Origin: Vibrio vulnificus CMCP6 | GTDB lineage: Bacteria > Pseudomonadota > Gammaproteobacteria > Enterobacterales > Vibrionaceae | Assembly: GCF_000039765.1 (NCBI RefSeq) | Contig: NC_004459.3 | Location: forward strand, 1,320,001-1,352,000 | Reading direction: 5' to 3' | DNA length: 32,000 bases | Shown here: in pieces, positions 17,698 through 27,581 of the stretch | Layout: each line of letters starts with the position of its first letter | How positions within the stretch are numbered: the stretch's first letter is position 1 | Notes under the pieces: model-generated | What the model was told of the DNA's origin: nothing | Seen by the model: only the letters and a program-made list of their open reading frames with translations | The model's database searches: none | Made by a program: the position numbers and the translations under genes

Positions 17698-17852
17698 ATA
17701 CTAACCCTCTCAAAATGTTCGCCAATTATGACGTTTAGTTATTGTTCTGATTCGGAAAATAAAATCGAATTATGAGTTGCCTCGTTGTAATTTGAATAGT
17801 CTATTCAATTCTTTATTTAAAGTTACGGGCGAATTAACAAAATCCGCATTTC

Positions 17853-17874
17853 ATTCGTGATGTTCATCACGTAA
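17853..17874. promoter_or_regulatory. CRP-like binding site upstream of cytR
   Basis: ATTCGTGATGTTCATCACGTAA contains the palindromic core GTGA-N6-TCAC (consensus TGTGA-N6-TCACA), about 165 nt upstream of the cytR ATG. Confidence 0.5.
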
Positions 17875-17925
17875 AGAAGCAAATTGTTGCAATTTTCAAC
17901 GTTAGAGTGAGGTGGTAAACGTTTG

Positions 17926-20145
17926 CTAACTCAGATCCTGTGGCTCAATATCCAAATTCCAACGTACTTTTTTCGCATCTGGTAACAAATCGATAGCAGG
18001 TTTCGTGCTCGAGAGTATTTTCTGCATCAAGGAACGATGTTGAGTTTGAAGCAGAAGCTGCCAGCGGTATTTGCCCGCACGTTTGGCCAGTGGAGCGGGG
18101 GTTGGACCGAGCACGAGACAAGTGTGATCAAACAAGGGATGCGACTCGAGAGTCATACGCACTTGACGTAAGAATGTTTCGACGATTTCGCTGTGATTGG
18201 CTTCTGCGCGAAATAGCGTTAGAAAACTAAACGGGGGAAGTTGGGCAATTTTCCGTTCTTCCAGTGCAGACTGCGCAAAATGCCGGTAATCCTTGGTCAA
18301 CAGAGCTTTGAGCAAGGTGTGTTCTGGATGGTGGGTTTGTAATATCACTTCGCCAGGTTTGCTAGCACGCCCTGCTCGTCCGGCTACTTGAATAAACAAC
18401 TGAGCCAATCGCTCGGACGCTCGGAAGTCACTGCTGTACAGTGACCCATCAACATCCAATAGCGCCACTAACGTCACGTCTGGGAAATGATGGCCTTTAG
18501 CCAGCATTTGCGTGCCAATTAAAATTTGGTATTCCCCTTTGCGAATGGCTTCTAAAGCGCTTTCGAGGCTACCTTTGCGTCGTGTGCTATCGCGGTCGAT
18601 GCGAATTGCTTTGTAGTCAGGAAAGAGGGTCGTTAACTGGTTTTCCAGTTGCTCAGTGCCGACACCAACCGTCACCAGTTGTGTCGAACCACAACCTTGG
18701 CATTGATGGATAATAGGTTGTTGAGAACCACAGTGGTGACAGCGGATTTCATTGCTGTACTGGTGATAAGTGTAATAGGCATCGCAGCGTTTGCATTCGG
18801 CAATCCAACCACATTCATGACACATTAACGCAGGGGAGAAGCCTCGACGGTTGAGAAACAGCATCACCTGATTGCCCGCTTTTAAATGACGACGCATTTC
18901 AGCAATGAGTGGCGCTGATAGGCCGCTTTCCAGATAGAGCCCTTTGACATCCAGCACTTTGTTGGTGGTTGGCACGGCCACTCCTGCTCGTTGGGTTAGC
19001 GAGAGATGATGATATTTGCCCGTAAGTGCGTTGTGTAAGGTTTCTAACGCGGGCGTAGCTGAACCGAGAACAATTGGAATGCCTTCTTTTGCCGCTCGCA
19101 TCACTGCCACATCGCGAGCATGGTAACGCAAGCTATCTTGCTGTTTGTACGAAGCGTCGTGCTCTTCATCGACAATGATGATCCCTAGCTGGGCAAATGG
19201 GATCAGTAGTGCAGAGCGTGTACCAATGACAATGCCCGCCGCTTTATCTCGTGCGGAAAGCCAAGCGTTGAGACGTTCCGTATCATTAAGACCAGAATGG
19301 ATGACGGCGACTGGCACATCAAACCGTTGACGAAAACGATTGATGGTTTGTGGTGTTAAACCAATTTCAGGGACCAACACCAGAGCCTGTTTGCCTTGTT
19401 CCAAAATGGGTTTGATCAAGTTGAGATAAACTTCGGTTTTGCCTGAACCTGTGACCCCTTCCAACAGATAACAGCCAAAGTCTGTCTGGCTGTTAACGGT
19501 CGCAATGGCAATGGCTTGCTCTTGGTTGAGTTTCGGTTTATCGACGGGATGTTCAATCGGGTTACCCCACCGAGTTAACTGTGGCGTTTTTTCTTCACAG
19601 CTGATCCAGCCTTTTTCTTCTAAGGTGCGTAAGGTTGTGGATGCCACTTCCTCATCCAAAAAGGCTTGGTGAGGCTGAGGGCCATTAGCAAGCATATTTA
19701 ATACTTTCGCTTGCTTTATCGCACGACTGTTTAACCCTTGCATCAACTGGTTTTTGCCTAACTCGGTCAGTTGCCATTCTTGTAGAGTGGCAAAGTCAGC
19801 CGCTTTGCCTTTTCTTAGTGCCGCGGGGAGGGCGTTATGCAGTGTTTCACCTAAGGGATATTGGTAAAAGTGGCTACACCAAAGTAATAAACTGTAGACG
19901 GAATCGGGCCAAATAGGACGATGATCCAACACCGCTTTAATGGGTTTAAGTTGCTCGCGTGGAAAGTCTGATTCTTGAACCAAAGCGGTGACAATGCCAG
20001 TCAAGGTTTGTCGTCCAAATGGCACACTCACGCGACCACCAATGATCGGAAAAAGGTGTCCAGGAACGAGATAATCAAATTGTTTATCGAGTGGCACTGG
20101 CAGCGCAACACGAGCAATGGATGGACGCATAACGTGGTGTTTCAT
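17926..20145 (-). CDS. priA: Primosomal replication-restart helicase PriA
   Basis: About 734-739 aa: ..ARVALPVPLDKQFDYLVP.., Walker A GVTGSGKTEVY, DEEH, and the Cys-rich zinc region CHECGWIAECKRCDAYYTYH..CHHCG..CQGCGS. The start is either ATG 20145 or ATG 20130, and neither has a strong SD. Confidence 0.95.
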   Translation of the reverse strand: MKHHVMRPSIARVALPVPLDKQFDYLVPGHLFPIIGGRVSVPFGRQTLTGIVTALVQESDFPREQLKPIKAVLDHRPIWPDSVYSLLLWCSHFYQYPLGETLHNALPAALRKGKAADFATLQEWQLTELGKNQLMQGLNSRAIKQAKVLNMLANGPQPHQAFLDEEVASTTLRTLEEKGWISCEEKTPQLTRWGNPIEHPVDKPKLNQEQAIAIATVNSQTDFGCYLLEGVTGSGKTEVYLNLIKPILEQGKQALVLVPEIGLTPQTINRFRQRFDVPVAVIHSGLNDTERLNAWLSARDKAAGIVIGTRSALLIPFAQLGIIIVDEEHDASYKQQDSLRYHARDVAVMRAAKEGIPIVLGSATPALETLHNALTGKYHHLSLTQRAGVAVPTTNKVLDVKGLYLESGLSAPLIAEMRRHLKAGNQVMLFLNRRGFSPALMCHECGWIAECKRCDAYYTYHQYSNEIRCHHCGSQQPIIHQCQGCGSTQLVTVGVGTEQLENQLTTLFPDYKAIRIDRDSTRRKGSLESALEAIRKGEYQILIGTQMLAKGHHFPDVTLVALLDVDGSLYSSDFRASERLAQLFIQVAGRAGRASKPGEVILQTHHPEHTLLKALLTKDYRHFAQSALEERKIAQLPPFSFLTLFRAEANHSEIVETFLRQVRMTLESHPLFDHTCLVLGPTPAPLAKRAGKYRWQLLLQTQHRSLMQKILSSTKPAIDLLPDAKKVRWNLDIEPQDLS

Positions 20146-20261
20146 GGCAAAAATAATGACTTACAGTCTAATGGAAGCGAGGTAGAAATACGAGAAAAGG
20201 GCATGCACGAACAGAGAGAGAAAAACTGTATAAAAAACTAGCGGAAAATCGCGGAAATAGG

Positions 20262-20290
20262 TTGATTCGAAAGAGACGATTCATTACTAT
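20262..20290 (+). promoter_or_regulatory. Candidate rpmE sigma70 promoter (TTGATT-17 nt-TACTAT)
   Basis: TTGATT at 20262-20267, a 17-nt spacer, and TACTAT at 20285-20290. This implies a leader of about 110 nt before the rpmE ATG. Confidence 0.4.
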
Positions 20291-20410
20291 ATCGCGCCTT
20301 AAGATATGGCTTTAATTCTGTTTCAGCGGTATCTGAGTTTTATTTTTAACTGCGTGTGGTGTGCGGCAAAGACTCGTATAGCGACACGGCCTACTATTTG
20401 AGGTTATCCC

Positions 20411-20632
20411 ATGAAAGCTGGTATCCATCCAGAATACAAAGCAGTAAACGCAACTTGTTCTTGCGGCAACTCTTTCGTTTTCAACTCTACTCTAGATAAA
20501 GAATCTATCCACCTAGACGTATGTGACAAGTGCCACCCATTCTACACTGGTAAGCAACGTATCGTTGATACAGGCGGCCGTGTTGATCGCTTCAACAAGC
20601 GTTTCGGTGCTCTATCAAGCGGTAAGAAATAA
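20411..20632 (+). CDS. rpmE: 50S ribosomal protein L31 (zinc-ribbon type)
   Basis: 73 aa, [22 protein letters not shown]...[15 protein letters not shown].. Canonical L31 with its CxC...CxxC cysteines. Confidence 0.98.
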   Translation: MKAGIHPEYKAVNATCSCGNSFVFNSTLDKESIHLDVCDKCHPFYTGKQRIVDTGGRVDRFNKRFGALSSGKK

Positions 20633-20656
20633 TAGCGTTAGCTATTGCTGTTTGAG

Positions 20657-20684
20657 AAAAAAGGTCGCTTATGCGGCCTTTTTT
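20657..20684 (+). terminator. Rho-independent terminator of rpmE
   Basis: AAAAAAGGTCGC / GCGGCCTTTTTT (stem 20663-20668 / 20673-20678 with one G-U pair, loop TTAT), followed by a T-run. Confidence 0.85.
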
Positions 20685-20831
20685 GCATTCAGCGTCTAGG
20701 TGACGCTTTCTCTCAAGCACCATCCCTTATGCCATCTGGTCTTACTTCTATCTTATTCACAATTTTTATAGATTTGCCTCGCAATCTTGGCTAGGAAGAT
20801 TGACTTATATCAATTAGAATTTCTCTCTAAA

Positions 20832-20860
20832 TTGAACAAAAAGGCAGAGTTTTTGTTCAA
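20832..20860 (+). promoter_or_regulatory. Perfect 11-bp inverted repeat (TTGAACAAAAA-N7-TTTTTGTTCAA) upstream of the malic-enzyme gene; candidate operator or leader hairpin
   Basis: The left arm (20832-20842) and right arm (20850-20860) are exact reverse complements. The repeat ends 50 nt before ATG 20911. Confidence 0.4.
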
Positions 20861-20910
20861 GCTAAAGTGTTCCCCCCTTTACCGTACACGCAAAAAGAGA
20901 ATAACCATTT

Positions 20911-22188
20911 ATGTCCGATGACAATAGCCAGCAAATGACCCCTGAAGAAGTACTTCGCCAACAAGCTCTTGATTATCATGCTTTGCCAACGGCGGGTAAA
21001 ATTGCCGTCGCTCTAACCAAACCTGCGGAAACCGCTAAAGATCTTGCTTTAGCTTACAGCCCAGGTGTTGCAGAGCCGGTTCGCGAAATCGCACAGAACC
21101 CAGACAACGTTTACAAGTACACCTCAAAGGGAAATATGGTGGCCGTTATCTCTAACGGTACGGCAATTTTGGGTCTAGGTAACTTAGGTCCTTTGGCATC
21201 AAAGCCAGTAATGGAAGGTAAGGCACTGCTGTTTAAGCGTTTTGCTGGTCTTGATTCTATCGATATTGAAGTGAAGCATCGCACCATCGACGAATTCGTG
21301 GATACGGTCGCGAACATTGCAGATACCTTTGGTGGTATCAATTTAGAAGACATCAAAGCACCAGACTGTTTTGAAATTGAAAAACGTCTGATTGAGCGTT
21401 GTGATGTGCCAGTGTTCCATGATGACCAACACGGAACGGCCATTGTCACCGCGGCTGGTATGCTGAATGCGATCGAACTGCAGGGTAAGAAGCTAAACGA
21501 ATGTATTATTGTTTGTCTTGGTGCGGGTGCGGCTGCCGTGGCGTGTATGGAGCTGCTGATCAAATGTGGCGCGATGCGTGAAAAGATCTACATGCTGGAT
21601 CGTAAAGGTGTGATTCATACACGTCGTGATGATCTCAACGAGTACAAGCAACTGTTCGCCAACAATACAGACAAGCGCACACTGGAAGATGTGATCAGCG
21701 GTGCGGATCTCTTCCTTGGCGTGTCTGGTCCAAACCTAATGCCTGCAGAAGCGCTGAAGCTGATGGCGGATAAACCGGTTGTGTTTGCGTGTTCAAACCC
21801 TGATCCAGAAATCAAGCCAGAGTTGGCGCATGAAGTGCGCAGCGATCTTATCATGGGTACAGGTCGCAGCGACTATCCGAACCAAGTGAACAACGTGTTG
21901 TGCTTCCCATTCATTTTCCGTGGCGCTCTGGATGTTCGTGCTAGTGAAATTAATGATGAAATGAAGTTAGCAGCGGTTGAAGCGATTCGTCAATTGGCGA
22001 AAGAGCCAGTGCCAGAAGCAGTATTGAAAGCGGCAGGTGTTGAATCGCTGAGCTTTGGCCCGCAATACATTATTCCCAAACCAATGGATTCACGTTTGCT
22101 GCCTCGCGTGGCGAAAGCCGTTGCTCAGGCGGCCGTTGATACCGGTGTGGCTCGTATTCCAATGCCAGAAAACTACATGGCCGAGTAA
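20911..22188 (+). CDS. maeB: NADP-dependent malic enzyme, short form (425 aa, no phosphotransacetylase-like domain)
   Basis: ..ALDYHALPTAGKIAVALTKPAETAKDLALAYSPGVAEP..VISNGTAILGLGNLGPLASKPVMEGKALLFKRFAGLD..FGGINLEDIKAPDCF is collinear with the malic-enzyme half of MaeB. The ORF ends after the NAD(P)-binding domain. Confidence 0.9.
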   Translation: MSDDNSQQMTPEEVLRQQALDYHALPTAGKIAVALTKPAETAKDLALAYSPGVAEPVREIAQNPDNVYKYTSKGNMVAVISNGTAILGLGNLGPLASKPVMEGKALLFKRFAGLDSIDIEVKHRTIDEFVDTVANIADTFGGINLEDIKAPDCFEIEKRLIERCDVPVFHDDQHGTAIVTAAGMLNAIELQGKKLNECIIVCLGAGAAAVACMELLIKCGAMREKIYMLDRKGVIHTRRDDLNEYKQLFANNTDKRTLEDVISGADLFLGVSGPNLMPAEALKLMADKPVVFACSNPDPEIKPELAHEVRSDLIMGTGRSDYPNQVNNVLCFPFIFRGALDVRASEINDEMKLAAVEAIRQLAKEPVPEAVLKAAGVESLSFGPQYIIPKPMDSRLLPRVAKAVAQAAVDTGVARIPMPENYMAE

Positions 22189-22202
22189 ATCACAGCCTAA
22201 AC

Positions 22203-22231
22203 AAACGGGACGCTTTAAGCGTCCCGTTTTT
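22203..22231. terminator. Bidirectional rho-independent terminator (malic-enzyme gene / metJ)
   Basis: AAACGGGACGC (22203-22213) / GCGTCCCGTTT (22219-22229) with loop TTTAA. T-runs follow on both strands. Confidence 0.9.
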
Positions 22232-22274
22232 GATCAGATACCACTTTCCCCCGGTGTGGTAAAGCTAACGAGGT

Positions 22275-22592
22275 TTAGTCGTCATACGCTTCAAATTCGA
22301 TACCCATCGCCGTCATCAATTCTTTGGCTTCTGTTGGGATATCATCCGGGCGATCTTTTCTGAGATCTTCATCCGTCGGCAGTGGCTGGCCAGTGTACGC
22401 ATGCAGAAATGCCTCACACAACAACTCACTGTTTGTTGCGTGGCGTAGGTTATTAATTTGACGACGAGTACGTTCATCCGTCAGAACTTTTAGTACTTTA
22501 AGCGGGATAGAAACGGTAATTTTTTTTACTTGCTCGCTTTTCTTTCCATGCTCTGCGTATGGACTTATGTATTCGCCATTCCAGTCAGCCAT
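22275..22592 (-). CDS. metJ: Methionine repressor MetJ
   Basis: 105 aa, [72 protein letters not shown].. Near-identical to E. coli MetJ. Confidence 0.98.
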   Translation of the reverse strand: MADWNGEYISPYAEHGKKSEQVKKITVSIPLKVLKVLTDERTRRQINNLRHATNSELLCEAFLHAYTGQPLPTDEDLRKDRPDDIPTEAKELMTAMGIEFEAYDD

Positions 22593-22668
22593 TGCGCACC
22601 TTCAGAGTAATAATCGGTTAATAAAAATTGTAAGCGGAGATTTTAGCTGGATTTACCGCCATAAGCAA

Positions 22669-22700
22669 AGACATATAGACGTCTAGAAGTGTTGACGTCT
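22669..22700. promoter_or_regulatory. Four tandem MetJ boxes in the metJ-metB divergent control region
   Basis: AGACATAT AGACGTCT AGAAGTGT TGACGTCT are four contiguous 8-bp units against the consensus AGACGTCT. One is perfect and one has a single mismatch. Confidence 0.8.
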
Positions 22701-22803
22701 TAAATTTTGATGGTTAAAGTGACAACTATTAATGGAGAGGAAGGCGTTCCGATAACAGTAGCGCATTCTTATTAAGAATTCATCTTCGCAGAAAGGAAAC
22801 ATC

Positions 22804-23970
22804 ATGAGTCACCGCAAGCCAGCCACGATTGCCGTTAGAACGGGCATCGAATCCGATACTCAATACCGTGCCGTTGTGCCACCGATCTATTTGTCGACGA
22901 ACTATGGTTTCTCTGCCTTTGGCGAAGTGCCTAAATACGACTATACCCGCTCAGGCAACCCAAATCGTGGTCTACTAGAGCAAGCGTTGTTTGAGCTCGA
23001 ATCTGGTAAAGGTGCGGTGGTCACAAACTGCGGGACATCAGCACTTAACTTGTGGGTGTCTGCTTTTTTAAGCCCTGACGATCTTATTGTGGCACCTCAT
23101 GATTGTTATGGAGGTACCTACCGTCTTTTCAATACTCGAGCGAAGAAAGGGGATTTTAAAGTCCGCTTTGTCGACCAATCCGACAGTGCTGCACTGGATG
23201 CGGCGTTGGCGCTTAACCCCAAACTGGTGTTGCTTGAAACGCCTTCCAACCCGCTCGTGCGTGTGGTGGACATCGCGGAAGTGTGTGAGAAAGCCCATAA
23301 AGTGGGCGCGTTGGTGGCGGTCGATAACACCTTTTTGACACCGGTGTACCAAAAGCCTTTGGAGCTGGGGGCAGACTTTGTGATTCACTCGACAACCAAG
23401 TATATCAATGGGCATTCTGATGTGATTGGCGGTGTGGTGATCACTAAAACCGAAGAGCACGCAACAGAACTATCGTGGTGGGGGAACTGCCTTGGCGCAA
23501 CCGGTACGCCATTTGATAGCTATATGACGCTACGTGGTATCCGTACATTGGGGGCACGTATGCGCGTGCATGAAGAAAGTTCGCAACAAATTCTCTCTTA
23601 TCTGCAAACTCAAGAGTTAGTCGGTACCATTTATCACCCGAGTTTGCCAGCGCATCCCGGTCATGAGATCGCCAAAAAGCAGCAATCGGGCTTTGGATCG
23701 ATGTTGAGCTTTGAATTTGCTGGCAGCTTTGAGCAATTGAAAGTGTTTGTGAAAGCGCTAGATTTGTTTTCATTAGCGGAGTCACTTGGTGGTGTCGAAA
23801 GCTTGGTTTGTCATCCGGCATCTATGACTCATCGTGCGATGGGAGAGGAAGCACTCGCAGAAGCTGGCGTGACGCAACAGTTATTGCGTTTATCGGTGGG
23901 GCTGGAAGATGCGCAAGATCTGATTGCCGACCTCAAGCAGGCCTTTCAACAAGCGAAGGAGAGCTGTTAA
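22804..23970 (+). CDS. metB: Cystathionine gamma-synthase
   Basis: 388 aa PLP enzyme (..DYTRSGNPNR..; ..HSTTKYINGHSD.. with the PLP lysine). It is divergent from metJ and coupled to metL. Confidence 0.93.
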   Translation: MSHRKPATIAVRTGIESDTQYRAVVPPIYLSTNYGFSAFGEVPKYDYTRSGNPNRGLLEQALFELESGKGAVVTNCGTSALNLWVSAFLSPDDLIVAPHDCYGGTYRLFNTRAKKGDFKVRFVDQSDSAALDAALALNPKLVLLETPSNPLVRVVDIAEVCEKAHKVGALVAVDNTFLTPVYQKPLELGADFVIHSTTKYINGHSDVIGGVVITKTEEHATELSWWGNCLGATGTPFDSYMTLRGIRTLGARMRVHEESSQQILSYLQTQELVGTIYHPSLPAHPGHEIAKKQQSGFGSMLSFEFAGSFEQLKVFVKALDLFSLAESLGGVESLVCHPASMTHRAMGEEALAEAGVTQQLLRLSVGLEDAQDLIADLKQAFQQAKESC

Positions 23971-26381
23971 TGAGTCAAGTTCGACAACTGCACAAATTTG
24001 GTGGAAGCAGCCTTGCGGATCCGGATTGCTATCGTCGTGTGGTGAACATCCTCAAAGAGTACTCGGGTGATAACGATTTAGTGGTGGTGTCGGCAGCGGG
24101 CAAAACCACCAACCGCTTGATTGAATTTAGTGAGGCGCTGGAGAAGGACGGCCGTTTGGCGCACGAAGCATTGCAAGCTTTGCGTCAATATCAAACCGGA
24201 TTGGTGGAAGCACTGATCGCGTCGAACCAGCGTAGCGAGCTGCTTGATCAACTTGCTGATGAGTTCAGCACGTTGGCCGAGTTCTCCGCACCACTCACAA
24301 CCGCGCAAAAAGCAGCGATCTTAGGCCATGGAGAAGTGTGGTCGTCACGTCTACTGGCTTCGTTGTTGAATCAACATGATCTGGCCGCGGTGGCTCAGGA
24401 CGCGCGTGCGTTTTTACGGGCCGAAACCGGTACCCAACCTGAAGTGGATCGAGCTCGTTCTTATCCTCTGATTAAAGAAGTGTTGGCGCAGCACTCACAT
24501 CGCCGTGTGGTGATCACCGGCTTTATGGCGCAAAACCAAGCAGGCGAAACGGTCTTATTAGGGCGCAATGGCTCTGACTACTCTGCTACCGTGATTGGTG
24601 CGCTGGCGGAAGTGGCTAAAGTGACGATTTGGAGTGATGTGGCTGGGGTGTACAGCGCCGACCCTCGTTTGGTCAGTGACGCTTGTTTGCTGCCGTTACT
24701 GCGTTTGGATGAAGCCAGTGAACTTGCGCGCTTAGCCGCTCCAGTCCTGCATAGCCGAACATTACAGCCAGTGGCACAAAGTGCCACCGAGCTTAATCTG
24801 CGCTGCAGTTACACCCCTGAGTCAGGTTCTACCCGTATTGAACGCGTGTTGGCGTCTGGGCGCGGTGCCAAAATCATCACCTCGCTTGACGATGTTATGT
24901 TAGTGCAGTTGAACTTCTCTGCCGGTCATGACTTTGAGCGCCAGCAGCAAGAGGTATTGCGTGCACTCAAACGCGCGCAGTTGGAACCATTGGCGTTTGA
25001 AGCACAAAAAGATCAATTTAAGCTGCGCTTAGCGTATACCACAGAAATTGCTGGTGGCGCTTTGGCACATCTGCAAGAGTTGGGTTTGGCCGCCGAGATC
25101 AAGCTGAAAGAGGGCTTTTCGCTGGTCGCCGCTGTCGGGGCTGGAGTGACGAACAATGCCAGCCATTGTTTTGGTTTCTATCAGCAGCTGAAACACTCTC
25201 CTGTGGAATTCATTTCTGAAGCTGAATCAGGATTGAGTTTGGTTGCGGTGATGCGCCGAGTCGATCTTCCGGTACTGGTGAAAGCGATCCATACCCAATT
25301 GTTTCAAGCCCAGAAGCGCGTGGCATTGGCCCTGTGTGGTAAAGGTAATATCGGATCCAGTTGGTTATCTCTGTTTGCGCAGCAGAAAAGTGAGTTGGAA
25401 AAACGCCATGGTATGAACTTTGAGTTGGTGGCCGTGGTGGATAGCCAAACTTATCTGTTCAATGAACAAGGTTTAGATGCCGCAGCAGTACACGCGCATT
25501 TTGATGATGACTCGGTACCGAATGATGGGGCCAATTGGTTACAACGATTGAGTTCAATCCAAGACTATGACGAAGTGGTGGTGTTGGATGTCACGGCCAG
25601 CCGCGAGTTGGCTGCGCAATATTTGGATATTGCCCATCAAGGTATGCACCTCATTTCCGCGAATAAAATTGCGGGCTCAGCGAGCAGCGATTATTACTAC
25701 CAAGTGCAAGATGCCTTCAGCAAAATTGGCCGTCATTGGTTGTATAACGCAACCGTGGGTGCTGGCTTACCGATTAATCACACGGTGAGAGATTTACGCG
25801 AAAGTGGTGATGAAATCGTGGCACTTTCTGGCATCTTCTCTGGCACGCTCTCTTGGCTGTTCCAGCAGTTTGATGGTTCAGTACCGTTTGCAGAGCTGGT
25901 TGATTTAGCTTGGCAGCAAGGCCTCACTGAACCGGATCCTCGCAGCGATTTAGATGGTTCAGATGTGATGCGTAAGCTGGTGATCTTGGCTCGCGAATCA
26001 GGCTTAGACATTGAGCCTGAAAACGTGAAAGTGGAATCTTTGGTGCCTGAAGAGCTTAAAGAACTTTCTCTTGACGATTTCTTTGACCAAGCCCACTTAT
26101 TGAGTGAGCGTTTGCAAGAGCGTCTAACTAAGGCGCAGCGTCAAGATCAGGTGCTACGCTATGTTGCTCGTCTAGAAAAAAACGGTAAAGCTCGTGTCAG
26201 TGTTGAAGCACTACAACGAGAGCATGCTTTGGCAAACTTGTTGCCGTGTGACAATATCTTTGCCATTGAGAGTAAATGGTATCGTGATAATCCTTTAGTG
26301 ATTCGTGGCCCGGGGGCTGGGCGTGAAGTGACTGCTGGCGCAATTCAGTCTGATCTCAATCGCTTAGCTGGCTTGTTCTAA
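23970..26381 (+). CDS. metL: Bifunctional aspartokinase II / homoserine dehydrogenase II
   Basis: 803 aa from MSQVRQLHKFGGSSLADPDCYRRV.. (aspartokinase N-terminus), with a C-terminal homoserine dehydrogenase (..ATVGAGLPI..). The ATG overlaps the metB TAA as TAATG. The track ORF start at 23808 is a spurious extension inside metB. Confidence 0.93.
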   Translation: MSQVRQLHKFGGSSLADPDCYRRVVNILKEYSGDNDLVVVSAAGKTTNRLIEFSEALEKDGRLAHEALQALRQYQTGLVEALIASNQRSELLDQLADEFSTLAEFSAPLTTAQKAAILGHGEVWSSRLLASLLNQHDLAAVAQDARAFLRAETGTQPEVDRARSYPLIKEVLAQHSHRRVVITGFMAQNQAGETVLLGRNGSDYSATVIGALAEVAKVTIWSDVAGVYSADPRLVSDACLLPLLRLDEASELARLAAPVLHSRTLQPVAQSATELNLRCSYTPESGSTRIERVLASGRGAKIITSLDDVMLVQLNFSAGHDFERQQQEVLRALKRAQLEPLAFEAQKDQFKLRLAYTTEIAGGALAHLQELGLAAEIKLKEGFSLVAAVGAGVTNNASHCFGFYQQLKHSPVEFISEAESGLSLVAVMRRVDLPVLVKAIHTQLFQAQKRVALALCGKGNIGSSWLSLFAQQKSELEKRHGMNFELVAVVDSQTYLFNEQGLDAAAVHAHFDDDSVPNDGANWLQRLSSIQDYDEVVVLDVTASRELAAQYLDIAHQGMHLISANKIAGSASSDYYYQVQDAFSKIGRHWLYNATVGAGLPINHTVRDLRESGDEIVALSGIFSGTLSWLFQQFDGSVPFAELVDLAWQQGLTEPDPRSDLDGSDVMRKLVILARESGLDIEPENVKVESLVPEELKELSLDDFFDQAHLLSERLQERLTKAQRQDQVLRYVARLEKNGKARVSVEALQREHALANLLPCDNIFAIESKWYRDNPLVIRGPGAGREVTAGAIQSDLNRLAGLF

Positions 26382-26401
26382 GAGAAGGCGGATGATTTGA
26401 T

Positions 26402-26426
26402 AGGGACCCAAGCGGTCCCTTTTTTC
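26402..26426 (+). terminator. Rho-independent terminator of metBL
   Basis: AGGGACC (26402-26408) / GGTCCCT (26414-26420), followed by TTTTTC. Confidence 0.9.
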
Positions 26427-26455
26427 TACTTGAACTATGCTCATTATGAACTTGA

Positions 26456-27475
<1,020 letters not shown>

Positions 27476-27501
27476 GTTGACTTTCTATCTCTCCCTCATA
27501 T

Positions 27502-27531
27502 AAAAACGGCTCCCTTATCAGGAGCCGTTTT
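27502..27531. terminator. Bidirectional rho-independent terminator (metF / aphA)
   Basis: AAAACGGCTCC (27503-27513) / GGAGCCGTTTT (27521-27531) with loop CTTATCA. A and T runs lie on both sides. Confidence 0.9.
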
Positions 27532-27581
27532 GCTATCTCAAATCATCACCGCCACATTGTCTAGCGTATGTGGCTGGTGGA

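Noticed and set aside
23808-23969. 5' extensions of track ORFs beyond the homologous starts. The listed span is metL; the same applies to metF (26477-26581), aphA (28122-28193), ppc (31371-31403), the CHMI-like gene (8343-8411), DUF805 (8766-8816), DUF3135 (9646-9834) and the regulator (9855-9890).
   Set aside because: In each case, alignment with well-known orthologues or the RBS position places the real start at an internal ATG. The extensions use TTG or other weak starts, lie in promoter or operator DNA, or fall inside the preceding gene.
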